In this document: piece by piece, positions 1-7,443 of the stretch | How the letters are laid out: every line of letters starts with the position of its first letter | Position numbering within the stretch: position 1 is the first letter of the stretch | Virus record (IMG/VR): IMGVR_UViG_3300011335_000335 | Span: 1-36,320 of that record | Source: a virus | Lineage: Duplodnaviria; Caudoviricetes | Length of the DNA stretch: 36,320 nt | Direction: 5' to 3' (one strand) | Made by a program: the position numbers and the translations under genes | The notes under the pieces: generated by a model | Databases searched by the model: none | The model's input: the letters and a program-made list of their open reading frames with translations, nothing else | What the model was told of the DNA's origin: nothing

Positions 1-765
1 CACTACTCAGGAACAACTGACCATTACAAGGAAACGCATCTACCACGCCACCACGAAGCGGAACTTCTAATTGGTTGGCCACAGTGGTCACTGTGGGTTG
101 CCATGTTAGCGGTGCTTGGTTAAGTCCAAACGCTTGACTCCATTGTACTGTTACAGGATACTCTGACACAACACCATCTAAGTCTGTCACTGTGAGTCCA
201 CCAGCAACTAAAATATTACCCACATTGGGTGTTGAATACAAGCGCATGAACTTGGCGTAATATGATTTCCAAATTGGATTGTAGTTCCAGGCATATTTGG
301 GCGCAACACTTCCACCACCAGGATAACCAGCGCCAGGTACTGCGTAGTAATCAATTGTGTCAGCAGTACTGGCCGCTACTTTAAAAGTACCATTGAAGTA
401 ACTGTTGACTCCAGAGATCACAATGTAATCACCTGCACTGTAAGGTGGCGCTGATAAAGTAGTGCTTAATGTAATCTGCTGTAGGTTGGGTGCCAAGTAA
501 GCAATGTCACTTATGGTAGAAGGCAACTGATTACTGTACATTTGCAACAGCGGTAATGGATCACTAACACAACCAGAATCTGTCATGGGACCTGCTGTGC
601 TGCCAGCAAAACTCACTGTGGATGAAGTTACATCTGTCACTGTGTGCGTTCCTCTAAAGCCTGTGGGCACAATGCCACGCACCAATAATGTCTGTCCCAC
701 AGCAAATGGTGTGTAAACAAATGTTAGATCAGCAATGATACCACCATCAGTTGTGATTGGTGCGC
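1..765. repeat. Terminal direct repeat / circular overlap, copy A (matches 35556-36320)
   Basis: Base-by-base alignment with offset 35555 gives about 26 mismatches, 25 of them in the first 320 bp; the copies appear identical from about 414 to 765. Confidence 0.97.
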
Positions 766-2764
766 CACCATATGAAGTGCTGAGTTGGAATGTGCTGACT
801 CCGTTAGTCTGAATAATGTAATAAGTTGTTGGATCAGAATAGCCTGCAATGTTTGGTGCTTGCACACGAAACACCAGACCACTCACAGCACCACCAGTTG
901 TGACTATAGGATCACCTGCACCGTCTACCAGGGTAAACGCTGTGACACCATTGGTTGCTGAAATGTAGTAGTCGGTTGGATTGGAATAGCCTGTGATACC
1001 TGATGCAGCCACTGTGAAGGTTAAGCCTGTGGGCACGCCGCCTGCTGTTTCAATTGCAGTGGCAACTCCATCAATCATTTCAGCCAAGGTAAAACTGGTA
1101 GTGCCATTTGTGCTTACAACAAGATATGTTGTGGGGTCAGTATAACCTGTTATGGCCGGGATCTGTACTGTGTAAGTTAATCCAGTAGGAGTTCCACCTT
1201 GAGTAGCAACTTCAGTTCCATCAGCCACATTCACAATGGTAAACGAAGTAGAACCGTTAGTGGCACTGATGTAGTAGTCTGTTGGATTGGTATAACCTTC
1301 AATGGCTGGAATGCTGACTGTGTAAGTTAATCCAGTAGGTGTGCCTGCTGTGGTCACAACACCTGCACCTGTTAGTTCAGTTAGAGTGAATGTTGTGATA
1401 CCATTGGTGGCAGAGATCAGATAACTTGTGGGCGGAACATAACCAGCAATGCTGCCTGTGCCTCCTGCTACTCCAGAGATTACAACTGTTTGTCCAACTT
1501 GTAAACTTGTGGCCGTGCAACTGAATTGACCCGCTGTGCCTGTGATCACAACACCTGCTAATACTGTGGGCGTATTGGTTATGGTACCTGCAATGGTGAC
1601 CTTCTGCCCAACCTTTAGTGTTGTGGCAGCACATGTGAACTCACCTGCATTACCAGCAATGCTTACTGTGCTGAGTGCTGTGGGAGTATTGGTTATACTG
1701 CCTGCCACAGTGACACTTTGTCCAACTGCTAAGGTTGCGGCTGTGCAAGTGAACTCGCCAGCGTTGCCCACAATGTTAATGCTGCCCAGGGTCTGTGCGG
1801 CAGAAGTGTTTGTGCCACTTACTTCTACTGTTTGGCCAATGCTTAAGGCTGTGGTGTTGGTTCCTGTTATTGTGGTTGCTGCCACTGTTTGTGATATGCT
1901 GACACCATAAGTTCCTGTACTGCCAGGTGTGCCTGTTAACTGTCCAGTGATAACTGTGCCTGCTGTTACGCCTGTGCCTGTTAACTCTTGGTTGTTCATT
2001 GGGATACCACTACTGATAGCAGTGATGGTCAAAGTGGTGCCAGCAATGCTGCCTGTAAACTCTGCAGGTGTCAACAAGTTGGCACAACTGAACTCACCTG
2101 CGTCGCCTGAGATGGCCACTGTGCGTAAGCGTGTGTTGTATAAGTTGGCTGTATTGGTACCAGATATGGTCACCTTCTGCCCTGCTTTTAATGGTGCTGA
2201 GTTGGTATAACTGAATGTACCTGTATGGTCAGCAATCCTAACACCAGTTACTTCATCTGTCTGATTTAAAAAGGACACAGTAGAAGTACCAGCCGCACTG
2301 GTTGCACTCAGTATTTCAAAACTGTTGCCTGTGAAGTCTGGCCAAAACATAGGAGGATTTTGTTCATCATTGAAGAACGGTACTGTGCCGTTCCAGGCTT
2401 CTGTTATGTTTTGTGCTTGTGTATAAGTGCCTACACCTGCTGTGGGAGTAATTTCTTCATAATCACCTTCACCATTGTTGGCCCACCATTTGCCATCTGT
2501 GGTGGCTGTGATAAAGTAAAAGTCATTACCACTACCTGACATGGGCTGACGGTAGCCACCTGACACAAAGGTTGGTGTGCCAGGTACTCCAGGTAAGATA
2601 ATCTCATCGCCTGCTACTGATCTGACTCCACGCACATCAGTTTCAATGTTCTCTCCTGCGTTGTATTCATTTGGTCCCAGTGCTGTAGAAGGTACATCTG
2701 GTGAGAAGGTCATCTTCTGGAACGGTACTCTGACCTCGTCAAATGCTTTTTTAGTTTGTGCCAC
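1..2764 (-). CDS. Tail nozzle / stabilization-type virion protein, N-terminal part (continues through the overlap into 36320..34090; about 1409 aa in total)
   Basis: Absent from the ORF track because it runs off the edge. GTG at 2764 follows AAGGAG and a TAAATA box. Manual translation gives [25 protein letters not shown]...[20 protein letters not shown]..., in frame with 34090..36255. The nozzle call comes from position before the ejection genes and beta-rich character. Confidence 0.85.
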   Translation of the reverse strand, partial: MAQTKKAFDEVRVPFQKMTFSPDVPSTALGPNEYNAGENIETDVRGVRSVAGDEIILPGVPGTPTFVSGGYRQPMSGSGNDFYFITATTDGKWWANNGEGDYEEITPTAGVGTYTQAQNITEAWNGTVPFFNDEQNPPMFWPDFTGNSFEILSATSAAGTSTVSFLNQTDEVTGVRIADHTGTFSYTNSAPLKAGQKVTISGTNTANLYNTRLRTVAISGDAGEFSCANLLTPAEFTGSIAGTTLTITAISSGIPMNNQELTGTGVTAGTVITGQLTGTPGSTGTYGVSISQTVAATTITGTNTTALSIGQTVEVSGTNTSAAQTLGSINIVGNAGEFTCTAATLAVGQSVTVAGSITNTPTALSTVSIAGNAGEFTCAATTLKVGQKVTIAGTITNTPTVLAGVVITGTAGQFSCTATSLQVGQTVVISGVAGGTGSIAGYVPPTSYLISATNGITTFTLTELTGAGVVTTAGTPTGLTYTVSIPAIEGYTNPTDYYISATNGSTSFTIVNVADGTEVATQGGTPTGLTYTVQIPAITGYTDPTTYLVVSTNGTTSFTLAEMIDGVATAIETAGGVPTGLTFTVAASGITGYSNPTDYYISATNGVTAFTLVDGAGDPIVTTGGAVSGLVFRVQAPNIAGYSDPTTYYIIQTNGVSTFQLSTSYGGAPITTDGGIIADLTFVYTPFAVGQTLLVRGIVPTGFRGTHTVTDVTSSTVSFAGSTAGPMTDSGCVSDPLPLLQMYSNQLPSTISDIAYLAPNLQQITLSTTLSAPPYSAGDYIVISGVNSYFNGTFKVAASTADTIDYYAVPGAGYPGGGSVAPKYAWNYNPIWKSYYAKFMRLYSTPNVGNILVAGGLTVTDLDGVVSEYPVTVQWSQAFGLNQAPLTWQPTVTTVANQLEVPLRGGVVDAFPCNGQLFLSS

Positions 2765-2791
2765 GGATAAAGGCTCCTTAGTAATATGGAG

Positions 2792-2797
2792 TATTTA
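2792..2797 (-). promoter_or_regulatory. T4-late-like promoter box cTAAATA upstream of the nozzle gene
   Basis: Same motif as in front of most structural genes; lies just downstream of a terminator hairpin. Confidence 0.7.
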
Positions 2798-2808
2798 GTG
2801 CCAAAGGT

Positions 2809-2839
2809 AAAGCCCCAGGCGCTGACAGCCTGGGGGCTT
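2809..2839 (-). terminator. Intrinsic terminator ending the early region
   Basis: AAGCCCCAGGC / GCCTGGGGGCTT GC-rich stem followed by T-rich sequence on the minus strand. Confidence 0.7.
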
Positions 2840-2859
2840 GTACAGTTACTTCAGATAAC

Positions 2860-3072
2860 TTACGCTACAAACTCCCAGCACCATCCTGTTTGTACTGTGG
2901 CACCTGTGTATTCAGGTTGGTCTTTAAATGGTGCCCATCTTGGAAACTTTTGTTGCCTAATGTCCCGTCTAATGCCACCTAACTTGGCCTTTGCATTTGC
3001 TTCTGTTGTGTTAACAAATACCTCTACGGTGGGCATGTGTTTAAGATAAACACGGATTGTCTTTGCTGTCAT
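2860..3072 (-). CDS. Hypothetical early protein (70 aa)
   Basis: ORF with AAGGA RBS, its own sigma70 promoter and a downstream terminator. Confidence 0.8.
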   Translation of the reverse strand: MTAKTIRVYLKHMPTVEVFVNTTEANAKAKLGGIRRDIRQQKFPRWAPFKDQPEYTGATVQTGWCWEFVA

Positions 3073-3116
3073 AATAGTCCTTAAATGTATAGCACTGATC
3101 TTTGCGCTATGCTGTT

Positions 3117-3145
3117 ATTATAACACAATCATAACGAAAAGTCTA
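3117..3145 (-). promoter_or_regulatory. Sigma70-type early promoter
   Basis: TAGACT-17 bp-TATAAT on the minus strand. Confidence 0.8.
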
Positions 3146-3192
3146 CAGCGTGTTTATCCATTTTAAGATTTGATAGAAATCAAGTGTGGCAG

Positions 3193-3273
3193 TTAGAACA
3201 TGCGTAGCACAAAGGTCAATGTGATATACAAGGTCACCAATGTAATAGCAATGTTGATGCAGTTTTGGATCAT
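3193..3273 (-). CDS. Putative 26-aa single-pass membrane peptide (MIQNCINIAITLVTLYITLTFVLRMF)
   Basis: ATG overlaps the methyltransferase stop (TGATG); uniformly hydrophobic. Confidence 0.5.
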   Translation of the reverse strand: MIQNCINIAITLVTLYITLTFVLRMF

Positions 3274-3911
3274 CACAGTACCCTGACAGCAACAGGTTGG
3301 TAGTTGCCACCATGCACATACCCAATGTATTCATAGGGTCGTCGCTCTTCTTGCCAGGCACGGAACTCATGTTGTTGCCAACCTGGATAGTTCCAATACT
3401 CATCAAACACAATGATAGTGCCTGCTCCAATGTAGTGCTTTAGATACTTAAACACATCCTTTGTTGCTGAGTATAGGTCACAGTCAATATGTATTAGACT
3501 GGCAAAACCTCGGTGTTGTTTGGTCCACCCTGGTAGTGTAGCATCAAAGCGTCCCACTACTAACTTGACATTTGGTGGTACTTGGGGTAATGGCTGTGCA
3601 AAGTGTCCTGCTGGTAATCCATTCCAAGGCTCGTAAATGCCTTCAAAGCCATCAAAGCCATAAATGTCATGCGTGGGGAATAGTTCAGCCCAGTGACGGA
3701 TACTGCGCCCTGTTGCTACACCAAACTCCAAGATGTAGCCTCCTTGTAGCACTTGAGTACTTACTGCACGATGTAAGCGTAGGTCACTGCGGTAACTGGG
3801 TACTGCTCCAAACCTACGGGCACAATAACCAATGCTGTCATCAGTCCAAGCAGGCTTGGGTGCGTTTCTATAACGCCACGCTTGTTTTATATCATCTATA
3901 AGATAGTTCAT
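3273..3911 (-). CDS. Class I SAM-dependent O-methyltransferase, TylF/MycF-like
   Basis: Motifs LEFGVATGRS, YGFDGFEG, LIHIDCDLYSAT and IVFDEY. Confidence 0.85.
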   Translation of the reverse strand: MNYLIDDIKQAWRYRNAPKPAWTDDSIGYCARRFGAVPSYRSDLRLHRAVSTQVLQGGYILEFGVATGRSIRHWAELFPTHDIYGFDGFEGIYEPWNGLPAGHFAQPLPQVPPNVKLVVGRFDATLPGWTKQHRGFASLIHIDCDLYSATKDVFKYLKHYIGAGTIIVFDEYWNYPGWQQHEFRAWQEERRPYEYIGYVHGGNYQPVAVRVL

Positions 3912-4216
3912 TTGTTCTCCTGAATGAATTGTAACGCACGGTCTACTAATGCGCTGCCTGGACGAGGTGTGCGTCCAATTGTGTTGTAGTCAAAGTCTGG
4001 ACTTGAGTATGCGGGGGTGGTTCTGTTGCGAAACAACTCATCATACGCAGATTCTGCCGCTCGTTTGGGCAGGGCCTGCGGTAACTTGTACAAGGCAATT
4101 TCTGTGTTGCCAGTTGACAGCATTGTTTTACCACGGCGTACTGCATCGCCGTTTGAGAAACGAATCTTGCGCTGGCCTCCACGCACAGAAGTGCCTACTA
4201 CTGTGTATGTGTTCAT
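3908..4216 (-). CDS. Hypothetical protein (102 aa, start MNTYTVVG)
   Basis: ATGA overlaps with neighbours at both ends; GGAG RBS before the ATG at 4216. Confidence 0.75.
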   Translation of the reverse strand: MNTYTVVGTSVRGGQRKIRFSNGDAVRRGKTMLSTGNTEIALYKLPQALPKRAAESAYDELFRNRTTPAYSSPDFDYNTIGRTPRPGSALVDRALQFIQENK

Positions 4217-4389
4217 TCGGCTGTCTCCAACTGACGCTTGCAATTACCAATGATTTCGTTCTCGCCTTGCAACTGCATATAAATTTGGTCGCATTTGACA
4301 TCGTCATATTTGGCTTGTGCGGCTTCTAAACGCCGGATCAGAGTAGCACGGCGTTTCTGTGCCAGGCTCATAATGTGTTGGTAGTTCAT
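4213..4389 (-). CDS. Hypothetical protein (58 aa, MNYQHIMSLAQKRR...)
   Basis: Not in the ORF track; AAGGAG RBS; ATGA-coupled to both neighbours. Confidence 0.75.
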   Translation of the reverse strand: MNYQHIMSLAQKRRATLIRRLEAAQAKYDDVKCDQIYMQLQGENEIIGNCKRQLETAE

Positions 4390-4619
4390 GCTTGCTCTCC
4401 TTCTGTGGCTTCTACTTCACGCTGAACTGCTTCAATGTGTCGGCAAGCAATGCTGATGGTGTCTGTTGCGTCCTGCAAAGCAATACGCATTTCAAACAAC
4501 TCATCACTGGTGAGTATCTCGTCACGCAAGCGGTAGAAATAAGTCTCTACTACGCCACGAGCCTCCTCCAACATTTCAGTTGCACGGTCTGCGTTGGTCA
4601 ATAAATTTACTGCGGTCAT
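4386..4619 (-). CDS. Hypothetical acidic helical protein (77 aa, start MTAVNLL)
   Basis: AAAGGA RBS before the ATG at 4619; the upstream ATG in the track falls in the promoter/leader. Confidence 0.75.
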   Translation of the reverse strand: MTAVNLLTNADRATEMLEEARGVVETYFYRLRDEILTSDELFEMRIALQDATDTISIACRHIEAVQREVEATEGEQA

Positions 4620-4679
4620 TTTGTATCCTTTAGTGTATGAACCAGTTAAGTGATCTACTTTACTGCTGTCCATGTATTT

Positions 4680-4708
4680 ATTATAACGGAAAAGGCTCAG
4701 GAGGTCAA
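4680..4708 (-). promoter_or_regulatory. Sigma70-type early promoter
   Basis: TTGACC-17 bp-TATAAT. Confidence 0.85.
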
Positions 4709-4781
4709 CCTATTTTTGAACTTTTTTGTGTTGTATTTTAGCAACGGTAACTTCTGCGTTAGTGAGCACTAACTTACTGGC

Positions 4782-4808
4782 AAAAAAAAGCACACCTGCG
4801 TGTGCTTT
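4782..4808 (-). terminator. Intrinsic terminator
   Basis: AAAGCACAC-loop-GTGTGCTTT stem running into a T8 tract on the minus strand. Confidence 0.85.
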
Positions 4809-4824
4809 GTTAGTGCTTGCTGAC

Positions 4825-5043
4825 TTATGCAAACTCAACTGCTAAGTCCTGCAACAACTGTTGGATGGTTGCTTGGTCCTGCGTTGACAACTCACCCCGC
4901 TCCATCACCAGCGTAACGCTGTCTGCGCTGAATGCTTGTGTGTAAACACAACCTGCTGGGACTGCATCCCAAAGCACTTCACCAGCAATAGCGTTGAAGT
5001 TGGCTTGTGTAGGCTTGTTGAACTTAAAAGTGTATGTAGACAT
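4825..5043 (-). CDS. Hypothetical early protein (72 aa)
   Basis: Own promoter, AGGA RBS and terminator: a self-contained cassette. Confidence 0.8.
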   Translation of the reverse strand: MSTYTFKFNKPTQANFNAIAGEVLWDAVPAGCVYTQAFSADSVTLVMERGELSTQDQATIQQLLQDLAVEFA

Positions 5044-5092
5044 TTTGTTTCCTATGTGTTATACACCTGCACTATTGCTGGTGTATGTATGT

Positions 5093-5121
5093 ATTATAGC
5101 AGGGTTGATCCTGCTTGTCAA
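5093..5121 (-). promoter_or_regulatory. Perfect-consensus sigma70 promoter
   Basis: TTGACA-17 bp-TATAAT. Confidence 0.9.
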
Positions 5122-5187
5122 CCAAAAACCCTACGCTGTGTAGGGTTGTTGTTTTTTCACAACAGTAGTACTTTCGTTGCGGTAATA

Positions 5188-5388
5188 CTATAGTAAAGTT
5201 TCAGTTCTTGTTCTTGCGCGGTGCAGGATTTCATGTACTGTGTCCCGCAACTGATGTCTTGTTTCCCGTGTTAGTCCATATCTGTTGCGAATAGCGCCCA
5301 AGCACCAATCCAATTCGTGTGCTGTGATCAAGCCTTGCAGAGCCATGTGTTTAAGTTCTGCTATTACTGATTGTTCTGTAGTGCTCAT
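5188..5388 (-). CDS. Hypothetical protein (66 aa)
   Basis: ATGA-coupled to the upstream ORF. Confidence 0.7.
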   Translation of the reverse strand: MSTTEQSVIAELKHMALQGLITAHELDWCLGAIRNRYGLTRETRHQLRDTVHEILHRARTRTETLL

Positions 5389-5534
5389 TCTGCTGCCTTT
5401 AGTTGTTGTAGTAGTGCATGTGCATCTGCTTTGACTTTATCACGCCACTTTTGCTGACGCTCTTTATTGCTGACAGGGCCACCTGGCTTTAATGGACGAC
5501 CCATTTTCTTTGGTTGTGTTGTTTCAGTTTTCAT
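5385..5534 (-). CDS. Small basic putative DNA-binding protein (49 aa)
   Basis: Not in the track. MKTETTQPKKMGRPLKPGGPVSNKERQQKWRDK has an AT-hook-like GRP plus an SNxERQxxWR basic helix; AAAGGA RBS. Confidence 0.7.
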   Translation of the reverse strand: MKTETTQPKKMGRPLKPGGPVSNKERQQKWRDKVKADAHALLQQLKAAE

Positions 5535-5535
5535 T

Positions 5536-5709
5536 TCATTTCCTTTTCATTGGGTAAACTTCTCGTGTAACAATTTTTCTTGTAGCAATTTCTTTAAGAA
5601 CTTGTCTGAGTTCTTCTTTGGTTTTAACTGGTATGCCTGCGGCTCGCATAAAGCGTTGTAGGCGTTCACTTGCAGTTTCATTTTCTGGTGCTGGGTCTAA
5701 TTTATACAT
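5536..5709 (-). CDS. Hypothetical protein (57 aa, start MYKLDP)
   Basis: AAAGGA RBS before the ATG at 5709. Confidence 0.7.
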   Translation of the reverse strand: MYKLDPAPENETASERLQRFMRAAGIPVKTKEELRQVLKEIATRKIVTREVYPMKRK

Positions 5710-5766
5710 TTCTATTCCTTTTATTAAAAATTGGCTCAATCGCGGAACTCTCTCTTACTCTCTCAT

Positions 5767-5904
5767 GACCCCTCTGACTTCTTCACGAGTGGAACGAAGT
5801 GATCCCGTAGGGGAAGAAATAGGCGAAGCGTCAGTGGTTTTGCAGAGCGAAATGCTGACTACTCTTTATACTTCTTAATACTACTTAATACTGTTAATAC
5901 TGTA
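5767..5904 (+). other. Candidate origin / single-strand priming signal: GNA-triloop minihairpin cluster plus three TTAATACT repeats
   Basis: Intergenic. CTGAC...GTCAG outer stem encloses GT-GGA-AC, CCC-GTA-GGG and GC-GAA-GC; TTAATACT at 5875, 5885 and 5894. Confidence 0.4.
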
Positions 5905-6558
5905 TTATGTTAGCGCCTTGTTAGATAGAAAACGGGCTAATCTATCATTGGCACTTTCACCTACTGTGGGCGTAAACTGTAATGGCTCCAACAACCAAGT
6001 GTCATGTGCAATAAAGCCCTTGGCCTTTTGTGCTTTACTCAGTTTAGTTGGCATTGTAACAATGCGTTTGAAGTGTCCAATTTGCAATCCAAATGTCATT
6101 GAGCCACGATCAAAGAAACCAAACACAGCAGGGTTCAATGGCTTATATCCTGGGCGCCCTGGAATAAAGAATCCTGTTTCACGACCAAAGCCACTACGCA
6201 AATATGCCTGCTTCCAAGTGGGATTGTTAGCGGCTGCAATTTCTGTAACTTCAGCACCTAATCGTGCTCGTTGTTCCAGCATAAAGTCTCTAATGGGAAT
6301 CTCACCATACTGCAAGCATAACTCAGTCAAGTCATACTCTTGCTTGCGTGTGTTGCGACTGCGACCTTGCAGTTTCATCTTCAGCATCAGCGCACAGTTG
6401 CCCCAGCGTTGAGTCTTGTCTGTTTTGCATTGTATAGTGGCTTCTACTGATTTGCCTTTTTCAGTGGCCCATTCACCAATTGTGATTTGTATAGCATGCC
6501 ATTTCAAATCTGGATTATATAGTGCTGGCATCACGCCTGGCATTAGTTCTGTTGTCAT
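5905..6558 (-). CDS. Hypothetical protein (217 aa, start MTTELM)
   Basis: ATGA-coupled to the upstream gene; largest unassigned early gene; no motif recognised. Confidence 0.8.
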   Translation of the reverse strand: MTTELMPGVMPALYNPDLKWHAIQITIGEWATEKGKSVEATIQCKTDKTQRWGNCALMLKMKLQGRSRNTRKQEYDLTELCLQYGEIPIRDFMLEQRARLGAEVTEIAAANNPTWKQAYLRSGFGRETGFFIPGRPGYKPLNPAVFGFFDRGSMTFGLQIGHFKRIVTMPTKLSKAQKAKGFIAHDTWLLEPLQFTPTVGESANDRLARFLSNKALT

Positions 6559-6779
6559 TTGCTTTTCCATCCTAAATGTTTGTTGCAGTCTGTGCAACGA
6601 TATGCGGCAGAGTGTACACTACCAGGCTTTGTTTTAGTAACAATTACTTGGTGTCCTTGTGCTTGGTGTTCTCTAACTGGTATCGGTGCCAGTTTGGGTA
6701 GTGTGACCTTTTCATATGTCTTACGCCAGGGTTCGCTTTCATAGCCACCGTTTGGTCTATTATAGTTCATTCTGCTCAT
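6555..6779 (-). CDS. Small protein with putative Zn-binding C-terminus (H..CxxC..H)
   Basis: HSAAYRCTDCNKHLGW; AAGGA RBS. Confidence 0.7.
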   Translation of the reverse strand: MSRMNYNRPNGGYESEPWRKTYEKVTLPKLAPIPVREHQAQGHQVIVTKTKPGSVHSAAYRCTDCNKHLGWKSK

Positions 6780-6916
6780 TGCTGGGTCCTTTCCAACTGT
6801 TCAAAGTATTCTACTTCTGTTAGGATATCTACTGCTTCGCCTGCGGCACGATACAGCATTACTATTTCTTCTGCTTCTTCAAGTGTGGCGCAGGCGTTGT
6901 GGTTTACATAGTACAT
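6776..6916 (-). CDS. Hypothetical acidic protein (46 aa, MYYVNHNACATLEEAEE...)
   Basis: Not in the track; fills the gap exactly and is ATGA-coupled downstream. Confidence 0.65.
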   Translation of the reverse strand: MYYVNHNACATLEEAEEIVMLYRAAGEAVDILTEVEYFEQLERTQQ

Positions 6917-6918
6917 GT

Positions 6919-7305
6919 TTAACCCCACAATGCTTCTGAGAATTCAATCACTTCTGTGCCAAACTCTTTGTTGAGACTGATGGAGATGTGCTGTATCCAA
7001 TCAATGTTGTCTTTGGTAAAGTCTTCTTGATAGCGTCCTGTTTTGTTGTTGGGTCTAAACAACTGATTGTTTAGGATGCCAGCAATATAACTGGTAATGC
7101 TGTTTTCTCGTCCACGGCTCATCTTGGGCATGTTGCTCATGCCTTCAAAATAAAAGCCCATGTCGTTCTTTGGATCACGCACGCCTTCGTTTAATAACGA
7201 AAGCCATTCAATTAGTACGCCAAGCACTTGTGTGTGCTGATCGCGGTCTAACTCTACATAGGTAGTGTTGGCACGAACATCTTTGGTTGTGTATTTTACT
7301 TTCAT
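6919..7305 (-). CDS. Hypothetical early protein (128 aa)
   Basis: First gene after the sigma70 promoter; AAAGGA RBS. Confidence 0.85.
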   Translation of the reverse strand: MKVKYTTKDVRANTTYVELDRDQHTQVLGVLIEWLSLLNEGVRDPKNDMGFYFEGMSNMPKMSRGRENSITSYIAGILNNQLFRPNNKTGRYQEDFTKDNIDWIQHISISLNKEFGTEVIEFSEALWG

Positions 7306-7348
7306 TCTGTTCCTTTGTTAAACAGTACTGATCTTGTGCTGTTGTTGT

Positions 7349-7377
7349 ATTATATAGCAGACATAACGGAAAGTCAA
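7349..7377 (-). promoter_or_regulatory. Sigma70-type early promoter
   Basis: TTGACT-17 bp-TATAAT. Confidence 0.85.
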
Positions 7378-7408
7378 GTGGTTATGGCGAAATAAATGCA
7401 GATTTTTG

Positions 7409-7437
7409 TTGACTTCTCCACTTTAATAAGGCATAAT
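7409..7437 (+). promoter_or_regulatory. Divergent plus-strand sigma70 promoter
   Basis: TTGACT-17 bp-CATAAT, back-to-back with the minus-strand early promoter. Confidence 0.7.
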
Positions 7438-7443
7438 TACTAT

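Noticed and set aside
1-413. Diversity-generating retroelement TR/VR pair suggested by two near-identical copies with mismatches
   Set aside because: Mismatches are not adenine-specific on either strand, are mostly synonymous third positions, and no reverse transcriptase is present.
3143-3430. 95-aa minus-strand ORF
   Set aside because: It overlaps the methyltransferase out of frame and runs into a promoter; the coupled 26-aa ORF explains the gap better.
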